Position numbers and translations under genes: made by a program. Below, in pieces: positions 1 to 7,336 of a stretch of 9,136 nucleotides of DNA. Location: the IMG/VR virus record IMGVR_UViG_2698536549_000013; one strand, 5' to 3'. The notes below the pieces were generated by a model. It was given only the letters and a program-made list of their open reading frames with translations. It was not told the origin of the DNA and ran no database searches. This DNA comes from a virus. Lineage: Duplodnaviria; Heunggongvirae; Uroviricota; Caudoviricetes. The first letter of the stretch is position 1, and the number at the start of each line of letters is the position of its first letter.

Positions 1-1
1 T

Positions 2-571
2 GATGTGCGTCCGATGATTGAGCAGATGGTGAAGGAGGCGGTAAGCCATATTCCTGTTCCGCGTGATGGTCGTGACTACGATCCGGAAGTACTGCAGAAG
101 GCGGTTCTGGATGCGGTGAGTGCCCTGCCGGCTCCGCAGGACGGGCGTGATGCCACGGCACTGGAAATACACCCCGCCATTGACGATCAAAAATCCTTTC
201 CCCGGGGCACGTATGCCACACACCAGGGCGGACTCTGGCGGGCGTATGAAAAAACGCACGGGATGCGGGGATGGGAATGCCTGGTTGACGGGGTGGCGGA
301 TATTGACGTCAGCATGACGGGTGAACGGTTGTTCTCTGTGGTGGTCCGGCAGAGCAGTGGCCAGCGTACGGAAAAAACATTTTCCCTGCCGGTGATGCTC
401 TACCGCGGTGTGTTCAGAGCCGGTGAAACCTACCACCCCGGCGATACGGTGACATGGGGGGGCTCGCTGTGGCACTGCAACAGTATGACCGGTGATAAAC
501 CCGGAGAAGCTCATTCATTAGCCTGGACCCTGGCTGCAAAACGTGGGCGGGATGCTGGAGGCGGAAAATGA
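2..571 (+). CDS. Hypothetical phage head-proximal protein, 3' portion (reading frame open to the window edge; true start probably upstream)
   Basis: Frame-2 ORF with no stop back to position 2, ending at TGA 569-571, which overlaps the ATG of the next gene (ATGA). Codon usage and GC look like the neighbouring phage genes. Contains two copies of a short P-x-P-(R/Q)-DGRD motif. No family recognised. Confidence 0.45.
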   Translation, partial: DVRPMIEQMVKEAVSHIPVPRDGRDYDPEVLQKAVLDAVSALPAPQDGRDATALEIHPAIDDQKSFPRGTYATHQGGLWRAYEKTHGMRGWECLVDGVADIDVSMTGERLFSVVVRQSSGQRTEKTFSLPVMLYRGVFRAGETYHPGDTVTWGGSLWHCNSMTGDKPGEAHSLAWTLAAKRGRDAGGGK

Positions 572-894
572 CGGCATTACTGACACTGGAAGAGATCAAG
601 GCACATCTGCGTGTCGACCATGACGCGGATGATGACATGCTGATGGACAAGGTTCGTCAGGCTACCGCCGTGCTGCTGGCCTACATTCAGGGCAGCCGGG
701 ATAAGGTGATTCGTGAGGACGGTGAACTGATCCCGGGCGAGGCATTAACCCGGATGAAGGGGGCTGCCATGCGACTGACCGGGATGCTGTACCGGAATCC
801 GGATCTTGCGGAGCGGGAAGAACTGCTTCAGGGGGAGCTGCCGTTTTCTGTTTCCGTGCTGATTTACGATTTGCGTTGTCCGACGGTGTTATGA
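568..894 (+). CDS. Head-tail connector/adaptor protein (HK97 gp6-like family)
   Basis: 108-aa ORF; N-terminal 'LTLEEIKAHLRVDHDADDDML...' resembles the gp6-like head-tail connector signature. GGAGG-like RBS at 557-564. Start overlaps the upstream stop; sits immediately before a head-closure-like gene. Confidence 0.7.
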   Translation: MTALLTLEEIKAHLRVDHDADDDMLMDKVRQATAVLLAYIQGSRDKVIREDGELIPGEALTRMKGAAMRLTGMLYRNPDLAEREELLQGELPFSVSVLIYDLRCPTVL

Positions 895-903
895 GGAGGG
901 GGA

Positions 904-1254
904 ATGGCAATATCTGCAGGTCGTCTGACACAGATGATAAGTGTTCTGAACCCGGTGTTAACCCGTAATGCTGCCGGAGAAATGACGGAAGAATGGGTGT
1001 CATGCGGGAAAATTCATGCGGATATCCGTGGCAGGAGCAGCCGGGAGCGGATGCAGTCCGGTGCGGAAATGGCGCAGGCGGAAATCCGCATCTGGGTGCG
1101 CGGTCAGTCCGGTCGGGAAATCACGGCAGCGTCACGACTTCATGTGCTGAGTGGTCCATGGCGTGACCGGATCCTGAACGTTGTCGGGCTGCCCGTGCCG
1201 GATGCGACCGGCGGACGTCTGGAAATTCTCTGTCGGCTGGGAGGGGAAAAATGA
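904..1254 (+). CDS. Head closure / head-tail joining protein
   Basis: 116-aa ORF with strong RBS GAGGAGGGGG (894-902) before ATG 904. Size, N-terminal 'SAGRL' motif and position after the gp6-like gene fit phage head-tail joining proteins. Stop overlaps the next start (ATGA at 1251-1254). Confidence 0.7.
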   Translation: MAISAGRLTQMISVLNPVLTRNAAGEMTEEWVSCGKIHADIRGRSSRERMQSGAEMAQAEIRIWVRGQSGREITAASRLHVLSGPWRDRILNVVGLPVPDATGGRLEILCRLGGEK

Positions 1255-1697
1255 TCGAAACCCTGCTGGATTTTTCGGGGCTGGAGGACATCAGCCGCGA
1301 TTTGCAGCTTCTGAGTGGTACGGAAAACAACCGGGTGCTGCGTGAGGCAACCCGTGCGGGTGCGAATGTGCTGAAAGAAGAAGTGGTGTCACGGGCACCG
1401 GTGCGCAGGGGAAAACTGCGCCGCAATGTGGTGGTCCTTTCCCGGCGCTCCCGCGATGGCGGGATGGAATCCGGTGTCCATATCCGTGGTGTTAATCCGG
1501 ACACCGGTAACAGCGATAACACCATGAAGGTGGATAACCCGCGCAATGCTTTCTACTGGCGGTTTGTGGAAATGGGGACCGTGAATATGCCACCGCACCC
1601 GTTTGTGCGCCCGGCGTTTGATGTGCGCAGTGAACAGGCAGCGCAGGTGGCGATTGCTCGGATGAACCGGGCCATTGATGAGGTACTGAGACGATGA
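1251..1697 (+). CDS. Tail/neck component, HK97 gp10 family
   Basis: 148-aa ORF; RBS GGAGGGG at 1240-1246; translationally coupled at both ends (ATGA overlaps). Size and sequence character ('...PPHPFVRPAFD...') fit HK97 gp10-family proteins. Confidence 0.65.
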   Translation: MIETLLDFSGLEDISRDLQLLSGTENNRVLREATRAGANVLKEEVVSRAPVRRGKLRRNVVVLSRRSRDGGMESGVHIRGVNPDTGNSDNTMKVDNPRNAFYWRFVEMGTVNMPPHPFVRPAFDVRSEQAAQVAIARMNRAIDEVLRR

Positions 1698-2038
1698 CGG
1701 AGGCGGATTTGTATCCTCATCTGGCGCATCTTGCCGGCGGGCAGGTGTACCCGTATGTGGTCCCCCTGCTGGATGGCAGGCCGTCGGTAGCGCTTCCGTG
1801 GGTGGTTTTCAGCCTGATTTCATCGGTGTCTGCGGACGTGATGGGCGGGCAGGCGGAGTCCTCAGTGGCGGTGCAGATAGACGTTTATGCCGGGACTGTG
1901 ACGCAGGCGCGTCAGATACGTCAGGACGCCCGTGAAGCCATAATGCTGCTGGCCCCGGGATCCGTCAGTGAAATGCAGGACTATATTCCGGAAAACCGCT
2001 GTTACCGTGCAACCCTGGAGTTTCAGGTCACGGTGTGA
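1694..2038 (+). CDS. Tail terminator / tail completion protein (DUF3168-like)
   Basis: 114-aa ORF immediately upstream of the major tail protein gene; start ATG 1694 overlaps the upstream stop (ATGA). Small size and position are typical of siphovirus tail terminator proteins. Confidence 0.6.
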   Translation: MTEADLYPHLAHLAGGQVYPYVVPLLDGRPSVALPWVVFSLISSVSADVMGGQAESSVAVQIDVYAGTVTQARQIRQDAREAIMLLAPGSVSEMQDYIPENRCYRATLEFQVTV

Positions 2039-2066
2039 CTTTTTCTTTTTTCTACAAAACCCATAC

Positions 2067-2087
2067 CCCGCCGCGTGCGGGTTTTTT
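2067..2087 (+). terminator. Short GC hairpin followed by T6 (possible attenuator or weak intrinsic terminator) upstream of the major tail gene
   Basis: CCCGC (2067-2071) pairs with GCGGG (2077-2081), loop CGCGT, followed by TTTTTT (2082-2087). Stem is only 5 bp. Confidence 0.3.
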
Positions 2088-2103
2088 ATTATCAGGAGGC
2101 AGA

Positions 2104-2820
2104 ATGTCTGCTTTGTATGAACGCTCACAGCTGACGCAGGTGATGATTTCATCTGCCCCGGCGACTGCTGAAACTATGGATAAGGCGGAATATCTGCGCC
2201 TGGACTGCACCATCAAGGAAGTCCAGTTCACCGCCGGTCAGAAACAGGATATTGATGTGACCACGCTCTGCTCCACAGAGCAGGAGAATATCAACGGTCT
2301 GGGGGCGTCGTCTGAGATTTCCATGTCGGGTAATTTTTATCTGAATCAGGCCCAGAACGCCCTGCGTGATGCCTATGACAATGACGCGTTGTATGCGTTT
2401 AAGGTGCTGTTTCCGTCCGGTAAGGGCTTTAAATTCCTGGCGGAAGTGCGCCAGCACACCTGGTCATCCGGTACCAACGGCGTGGTGGCTGCAACGTTCT
2501 CACTGCGTCTGAAAGGCAAACCGGTGTCCTTTGTGGTACCGCTGGCGTTTGTGAAAAATCTGGATAAGACACTTACCGTGAATACCGGTGCGCTGCTGAC
2601 AATGTCAGTCAGTGCCAACGGGGGAACGCCGCCGTATAAATACGCCTGGAAGAAGGATGGTCAGCCGGTTGACGGGCAGACGACAGACACCTTCAGTAAG
2701 CCAGGTGCGCAGTCCGCCGATGCGGGGAAATATACCTGCGTGGTGACCGATTCGGCAGAGAAAGCACAGAGTGTGACGTCTGTTGAATGCACCGTGACAG
2801 TGAGCGCAGCCGCCGGATAA
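2104..2820 (+). CDS. Major tail (tube) protein with C-terminal Ig-like (Big_2-type) domain
   Basis: 238-aa ORF from ATG 2104, preceded by AGGAGG (2094-2099); the 2035 start in the ORF track lacks an RBS and would overlap the hairpin. C-terminal ~80 aa ('TLTVNTGALLTMSVSANGGTPPYKYAWKKDGQPVDG...AGKYTCVVTDSAEK...') has the Y-x-C pattern of Ig-like domains also found at the C-terminus of lambda gpV. Sits immediately upstream of the chaperone/tape-measure genes. Confidence 0.8.
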   Translation: MSALYERSQLTQVMISSAPATAETMDKAEYLRLDCTIKEVQFTAGQKQDIDVTTLCSTEQENINGLGASSEISMSGNFYLNQAQNALRDAYDNDALYAFKVLFPSGKGFKFLAEVRQHTWSSGTNGVVAATFSLRLKGKPVSFVVPLAFVKNLDKTLTVNTGALLTMSVSANGGTPPYKYAWKKDGQPVDGQTTDTFSKPGAQSADAGKYTCVVTDSAEKAQSVTSVECTVTVSAAAG

Positions 2821-2834
2821 GGGGATGGGTCATC

Positions 2835-3209
2835 ATGAAAAAGGATCTGAAAACGCTGGCGCTGGCCAGACTGTCAGGGTTTCGTCATAAAACGGTGAAG
2901 GTGCCGGAATGGGGTAATGTCAGCGTGGTGCTGCGGGAGCCTTCGGCAGAGGCCTGGTATCTGTGGCAGGACGTGCTCAATGGTGATGGAGAGGATGACG
3001 ATACTCTGTCGGTGGTGGCGAAAACCCGCCGTAACCTGGAAGCGGATGTGACGCTGTTCTGCGATGTCCTGTGTGATACGGATCTGCAACGGGTGTTCAC
3101 TCCGGACGACCGTGAGCAGGTGCTGGCCGTCTATGGTCCGGTACATGCCCGCTTGCTGCGTCAGGCACTGGAACTGATCGCTGATGCAGAGTCGGTCAGA
3201 AAAAAGTAG
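2835..3209 (+). CDS. Tail assembly chaperone (G-like)
   Basis: 124-aa ORF from ATG 2835 with a GGGGA RBS-like purine run upstream, lying between the major tail and tape measure genes. Ends ...RKK-stop, with the slippery heptamer A_AAA_AAG (3200-3206) just before stop TAG 3207-3209. Confidence 0.75.
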   Translation: MKKDLKTLALARLSGFRHKTVKVPEWGNVSVVLREPSAEAWYLWQDVLNGDGEDDDTLSVVAKTRRNLEADVTLFCDVLCDTDLQRVFTPDDREQVLAVYGPVHARLLRQALELIADAESVRKK

Positions 3210-3514
3210 CCCGCCCGGAAATTCGCTTTCTGATGCGACTTGCGCTCCGTCTGGGGCGCACCTTATCCGAACTGCGGCACAGCCTGAGTGCGAGCGAGGC
3301 GATGATGTGGATGGAGTTCGACAGGATATCCCCGCTGGGTGATGAGCGCGGGGATATCCGTAATGCACAGATCGTGAAAGCGGTTTTCGGGGCACAGGGG
3401 ATGAATGTTGCACTGAAGGACGCCATGCTCTGCTGGGGCGAGGATGAGGATAAGCCGGAGGTGGATCCGTTTGCGGCGCTGGAAGACGCGCTGAGCCTTG
3501 CAGCACAGTCATGA
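2835..3514 (+). CDS. Tail assembly chaperone G-T fusion, produced by programmed -1 ribosomal frameshift
   Basis: The -1 frame relative to G is open from stop 3182-3184 through the slippery site to TGA 3512-3514 (includes ORF 3233-3514). A -1 slip at A_AAA_AAG joins ...VRKK to VARPEIRFLMRLALRL... The T-like extension has no convincing independent start or RBS. Confidence 0.65.
3200..3206 (+). other. Slippery heptamer A_AAA_AAG for -1 programmed frameshift (G to G-T)
   Basis: X_XXY_YYZ heptamer in the G frame (AAA 3201-3203, AAG 3204-3206), three nt before the G stop; the downstream -1 frame is open. Confidence 0.65.
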
Positions 3515-3522
3515 ATGATGAG

Positions 3523-3543
3523 AACCGCTGAGGCGGTTTTTTT
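3523..3543 (+). terminator. Intrinsic-terminator-like hairpin between the G-T and tape measure genes
   Basis: AACCGC (3523-3528) pairs with GCGGTT (3533-3538), loop TGAG, followed by a T-run through 3543. Located 9 nt after the T stop and just upstream of the tape measure RBS. Confidence 0.4.
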
Positions 3544-3561
3544 ACGCCAGGAGAAAGGTGA

Positions 3562-6500
3562 ATGGCGACGTTACGTGAACTGATTATCAAAATTTCGGCA
3601 AATTCACAGTCATTCCAGTCGGAGATCCAGCGGGCGTCCCGTATGGGCAGTGAATATTACCGGACCCTGCAGAATGGCGGACGTCAGGCTGCTGCGGCAG
3701 CCAGGGAGCAGTGCCGGGCTCTGGCTGAGCTGAACAGCCAGTTGACGGAAATCCGCGCTTCGGCTGTCGGAATGACCAGTGCGTTTGCCGGTGCCTTTGC
3801 CACCGGACACCTGATTTCGCTGGCAGATGAATGGAGCTCCGTGAATGCCCGTCTGAAACAGGCGTCGCAGTCATCGGATGAATTTGCGTTATCACAGAAA
3901 GTGCTGATGGACATCAGCCAGCGGACAGGCACCGCATTTTCGGATAATGCGACCCTGTTTGCCCGTTCGGCTGCCTCGATGCGTGAATATGGTTACAGTG
4001 CTGATGATGTGCTGAAGGTGACGGAGGCCATTTCGACAGGGCTGAAAATTTCCGGTGCCAGTGCGGCAGAGGCGGGTTCGGTGATCACCCAGTTCAGCCA
4101 GGCGCTGGCACAGGGGGTGTTGCGCGGCGAGGAATTTAATTCGGTCAATGAAAGTGGGGACCGGATCATTCGCGCACTGGCTGCAGGCATGGGCGTGGCC
4201 CGTAAGGATCTGAAGGCGATGGCGGACGATGGTCAACTGACGGCGGATAAAGTCGTTCCCGCGTTAATCAGCCAGCTGGGGATATTGCGTGATGAATATG
4301 CAGCCATGCCGGAAACGGTGTCTGACGGGATCACGAAGGTGGAAAACGCCTTTATGGCCTGGGTGGGCGGCGCGAATGAGGCCAGCGGAGCGACGAAAAC
4401 GCTCTCCGGCGCACTGAACGGTGTGGCCGGAAATATTGATACCGTGGCAACAGCTGCGGGTGTGCTGGTTGCTGTCGGGGTGGCCCGGTACTTTGGTAAT
4501 CTGGCTTCCGGAGCGATGTCTGCCACGGCAGGACTTGTGACCGCTGCACGTAATGAAGTGGCACTGGCTGAGGCCCAGTTAAGGGGAACGCAGATTGCCA
4601 CGGCGCGGGCAAGGGCAGCCGTGTACCGGGCTCAGCAGGCTGTGGCGGCAGCCCGCGGGACTGAGATGCAGATTGCGGCAGAGGCCCGTCTGGCGGTCAC
4701 ACAGGAACGCCTGAACAGAAATATTGCTGCCAGAACCGCCGCCCAGAATGCGCTGAACAGTACAACGGCGGTGGGCTCACGTCTGATGAGCGGTGCGCTG
4801 GGACTGGTTGGAGGCGTACCCGGACTGGTGATGCTGGGAGCTGCCGCATGGTACACGCTGTACCAGAATCAGGAGCAGGCCAGGGAGTCTGCGCGCCAGT
4901 ATGCACTGACGATTGATGAAATCGCGCATAAAACGCCATCAATGTCTCTGCCTGAAGCCTCAGATAATGAAGGGCGAACACGGGAGGCGCTGACAGAGCA
5001 GAACCGGCTGATTGATGAGCAGGCCAGCCGGGTGAAATCCCTGCAGGAAAAAATCGCCGGGTATCAGTATGTGCTGGCTAATCCGGGCTGGACGACCGGT
5101 AACGGCTTCATGATAAACCATCTGACATCGGTGAAAACTGTAACGGAAGAGCTTGCTCAGGCAACAGAGCAGTTTGCTGTTGAGCAGTCCCGTCTGGCAC
5201 AGATGCAGGAAAAAGCGCAGTCCATTCAGGATGTGCTTGCCGGACTGGAAGAGCGCCGTGTTGTGTTAATTCGTCAGCAGGCAGCAGAGCAGAATAAAGC
5301 GTATCAGTCACTGCTGGTCATGAACGGTCAGCATACGGAATTCAACCGCCTGCTGGGGCTGGGTAATGAACTGCTGCAACAGCGTCAGGGACTGGCGAGT
5401 GTACCGCTGCGACTGCCACAGGCCACTCTGGATGATAAACAGCAGAGCGCCCTGAATAACACAGAGCGTCAACTGGCCCTGTCCCGGCTGAAAGGGGAAG
5501 AAAAAGAGCGTGCCCGGCTGGGGTATGCGGCGGATGACCTTGGTCTGGTGGGGGATACGTATCAGGAGGCGAGGCAGCGTTACATCCGTAATTCGATGGA
5601 AGCCTGGCGCAATAATGAGGCGAATAAACCCAAATCCCGGGCCGGAAAATCAGGGGCGGAAAAAGCGGAAGACAGTTTTTCCCGTCTGCTGAAGCAGCAG
5701 AAGGAACAACTGGCACTGGCCGGGAAGAATACAGAACTGGCAAAACTGAAATACCAGACCTCGCAGGGCGAGCTGAAAACCCTGACGGAGATACAGAAGC
5801 AGGAGCTGCTGCGCAATGCTGCCCTGATTGACCAGAAGAAAATCCGGGAGCAGTTACGGGCCCGGGAGGAGACCCTGAAAAATGATAATGCAGACGCAAG
5901 GGCATCAAATGACGCTGAGCTGCTGGGGTACGGGCAGGGTGAGCGGGTCCGTGAACGGATGCGGGAGCTGCAGCAGATTCGTGACGGCTACCGCCAGAAG
6001 GATGCGGACCTGCAGTCTCAGTATCAGACAGGGGATATCAGTGAGGATTTTTACAGACAGGCGCTGGCGCAGAATGCGCAGTATCTGAGTGAACGCCTTA
6101 AAGACCAGGAGGCTTTTTATGCCGAATCGGATGCGCAGCGTGCTGACTGGCAGAAAGGGCTGCAGGAAGGGCTAAGTAACTGGGTGGACAGCGCATCAGA
6201 TTACGCTTCACAGGCAGCACAGCTTGCGACAGACGGTATCTCAGGGATGGTGAATAACATCACGGAGATGCTGAACGGAAATAAAGTGGAATGGCGCAGC
6301 TGGGCTGCATCAATCCTGCAGGAAATATCAAAAGTTCTTATGAATGCGGCCATTGTCAACGGCATTAAGATGGCGGCAAACAGTATGTCCGGTGCAGGAG
6401 GATTTTTCGGCAGTATAGGCAACTGGCTGGGTGGCGCGGTGGCAAATGCAAAAGGCGGCGTTTATACCTCGGCAAACCTGAGTGCATACAGTAACAGTAT

Positions 6501-6804
6501 TGTGGACACGCCCACGTACTTTGCCTTTGCAAAAGGGGCAGGGCTGATGGGGGAGGCCGGACCTGAAGCCATCATGCCCCTGACCCGGGCAGCGGATGGT
6601 TCACTCGGCGTGCGTGCGGTGGGCAGTATGAACGGCAGTGCGGGTCTGGTGTATTCCCCGGTGTACCACATCGCCATTCAGAATGACGGCGCTAACGGGC
6701 AGATAGGGCCGGAAGCGGCGGGCACCCTTGTGCAACTGATTGACCAGCGGGTACAGGCGGTGATGTTATCCATGCGTCGTGACGGAGGAATGCTGAGTGG
6801 ATGA
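3562..6804 (+). CDS. Tail tape measure protein (lambda H-like role)
   Basis: 1080-aa ORF with RBS AGGAGAAAGG (3549-3558). Position after the frameshifted chaperones is diagnostic. Long Ala/Gln/Glu/Arg-rich predicted coiled-coil centre, two hydrophobic Gly/Ala-rich segments (~4430-4550 and ~4780-4860) and a Gly-rich C-terminus are typical of tape measure proteins. Confidence 0.9.
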   Translation: MATLRELIIKISANSQSFQSEIQRASRMGSEYYRTLQNGGRQAAAAAREQCRALAELNSQLTEIRASAVGMTSAFAGAFATGHLISLADEWSSVNARLKQASQSSDEFALSQKVLMDISQRTGTAFSDNATLFARSAASMREYGYSADDVLKVTEAISTGLKISGASAAEAGSVITQFSQALAQGVLRGEEFNSVNESGDRIIRALAAGMGVARKDLKAMADDGQLTADKVVPALISQLGILRDEYAAMPETVSDGITKVENAFMAWVGGANEASGATKTLSGALNGVAGNIDTVATAAGVLVAVGVARYFGNLASGAMSATAGLVTAARNEVALAEAQLRGTQIATARARAAVYRAQQAVAAARGTEMQIAAEARLAVTQERLNRNIAARTAAQNALNSTTAVGSRLMSGALGLVGGVPGLVMLGAAAWYTLYQNQEQARESARQYALTIDEIAHKTPSMSLPEASDNEGRTREALTEQNRLIDEQASRVKSLQEKIAGYQYVLANPGWTTGNGFMINHLTSVKTVTEELAQATEQFAVEQSRLAQMQEKAQSIQDVLAGLEERRVVLIRQQAAEQNKAYQSLLVMNGQHTEFNRLLGLGNELLQQRQGLASVPLRLPQATLDDKQQSALNNTERQLALSRLKGEEKERARLGYAADDLGLVGDTYQEARQRYIRNSMEAWRNNEANKPKSRAGKSGAEKAEDSFSRLLKQQKEQLALAGKNTELAKLKYQTSQGELKTLTEIQKQELLRNAALIDQKKIREQLRAREETLKNDNADARASNDAELLGYGQGERVRERMRELQQIRDGYRQKDADLQSQYQTGDISEDFYRQALAQNAQYLSERLKDQEAFYAESDAQRADWQKGLQEGLSNWVDSASDYASQAAQLATDGISGMVNNITEMLNGNKVEWRSWAASILQEISKVLMNAAIVNGIKMAANSMSGAGGFFGSIGNWLGGAVANAKGGVYTSANLSAYSNSIVDTPTYFAFAKGAGLMGEAGPEAIMPLTRAADGSLGVRAVGSMNGSAGLVYSPVYHIAIQNDGANGQIGPEAAGTLVQLIDQRVQAVMLSMRRDGGMLSG

Positions 6805-7138
6805 GATTAAGACTCTTCACTGGTGTCCCCGGGAAGGGATGCAGGTGACGGAGAAACCGTCGGTGATGACGGTGAAGTTTGGCGACGGTTATCAGCAGCG
6901 TCGTCCGGCAGGACTGAATGCGCAACTGAAGACCTTTCAGGTGGTTTTTCGGGTGACAACGGATGCTGAGCGGGAGGCACTGTCCGCGTTTCTGTCATGG
7001 CATGGTGGTTACCGGGCTTTTTTGTGGAAGCCCCCGAAACATAACCGGACGGTCAGGGTGGTGTGCCGGGAGTGGAGTATTACGGATAACGCCCGGTACA
7101 GTGATTTCAGTTGCACGATAGAGCAGGTAGTTAGATGA
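6797..7138 (+). CDS. M: Minor tail protein M (lambda gpM family)
   Basis: 113-aa ORF starting at GTG 6797 with GGAGG (6784-6788) upstream, overlapping the tape measure stop (6802-6804). Recalled lambda gpM shares motifs ('...KFGDGYQQR.PAGLNA.LKT...', '...HGG...FLW.PP...') and the position directly after the tape measure gene. Confidence 0.8.
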   Translation: MDEIKTLHWCPREGMQVTEKPSVMTVKFGDGYQQRRPAGLNAQLKTFQVVFRVTTDAEREALSAFLSWHGGYRAFLWKPPKHNRTVRVVCREWSITDNARYSDFSCTIEQVVR

Positions 7139-7218
7139 GAATTATCCTATAAATCATTCTTTAGTGTTTAGTTGTTAATTATTTTTAATCTGTCTTGTCA
7201 GAAAGTGCGAAATCGATC

Positions 7219-7248
7219 TTGCATTTACATTTTGTTACATAATATAAA
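7219..7248 (+). promoter_or_regulatory. Candidate sigma70 promoter and OmpR-box-like element upstream of the porin gene
   Basis: TTGCAT (7219-7224) is a -35-like hexamer, with ATATAA/TATAAA (7242-7248) 17-18 bp downstream. Embedded ATTTACATTTTGTTACATAA (7223-7242) resembles the tandem 10-bp OmpR half-sites of ompC/ompF promoters as recalled. Lies in the AT-rich leader ~90-115 nt upstream of ATG 7337. Confidence 0.35.
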
Positions 7249-7336
7249 TTGAACTAAGAATTTGTATTAAAATATTTTAATTTTTGTTCATGACATCTGA
7301 ATGCATGAATAGTTCAGTTTAAATAAGGATTAAATC

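Noticed and set aside
120-317. 65-aa + strand ORF in an alternative frame
   Set aside because: Nested out of frame inside the longer frame-2 ORF that continues to the coupled connector start. No independent support.
1121-1546. 141-aa minus-strand ORF overlapping the head closure and gp10-like genes
   Set aside because: Antisense to two translationally coupled + strand genes. Arg/Ser/Pro-rich and no start context.
2035-2103. Upstream ATG (2035) as the major tail protein start
   Set aside because: It would overlap the previous gene's stop and run through the hairpin/T-run. ATG 2104 has an AGGAGG RBS and gives a typical N-terminus.
2787-2834. Upstream ATG (2787) as the chaperone G start
   Set aside because: It lies inside the 3' end of the major tail gene. 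ATG 2835 follows the major tail stop and is the more parsimonious start.
3233-3514. T-like ORF as an independently initiated gene
   Set aside because: No convincing RBS before ATG 3233, and the frame is open back to the A_AAA_AAG slippery site at the end of G. A frameshift fusion is the better explanation.
2874-3590. 238-aa ORF on the minus strand
   Set aside because: Lies entirely antisense to the G / G-T chaperone genes and the tape measure start. Pro/Arg/Ser-rich composition typical of antisense frames of GC-rich coding DNA, no RBS, no recognisable family.
3587-4612. Several minus-strand ORFs of 65-122 aa within the tape measure gene
   Set aside because: All are embedded antisense in the tape measure coding region and look like GC-rich frame artefacts.
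5342-5908. 188-aa minus-strand ORF inside the tape measure gene
   Set aside because: Antisense to a strongly supported 1080-aa gene. Pro/Ala/Ser-rich low-complexity translation, which is a frame artefact.
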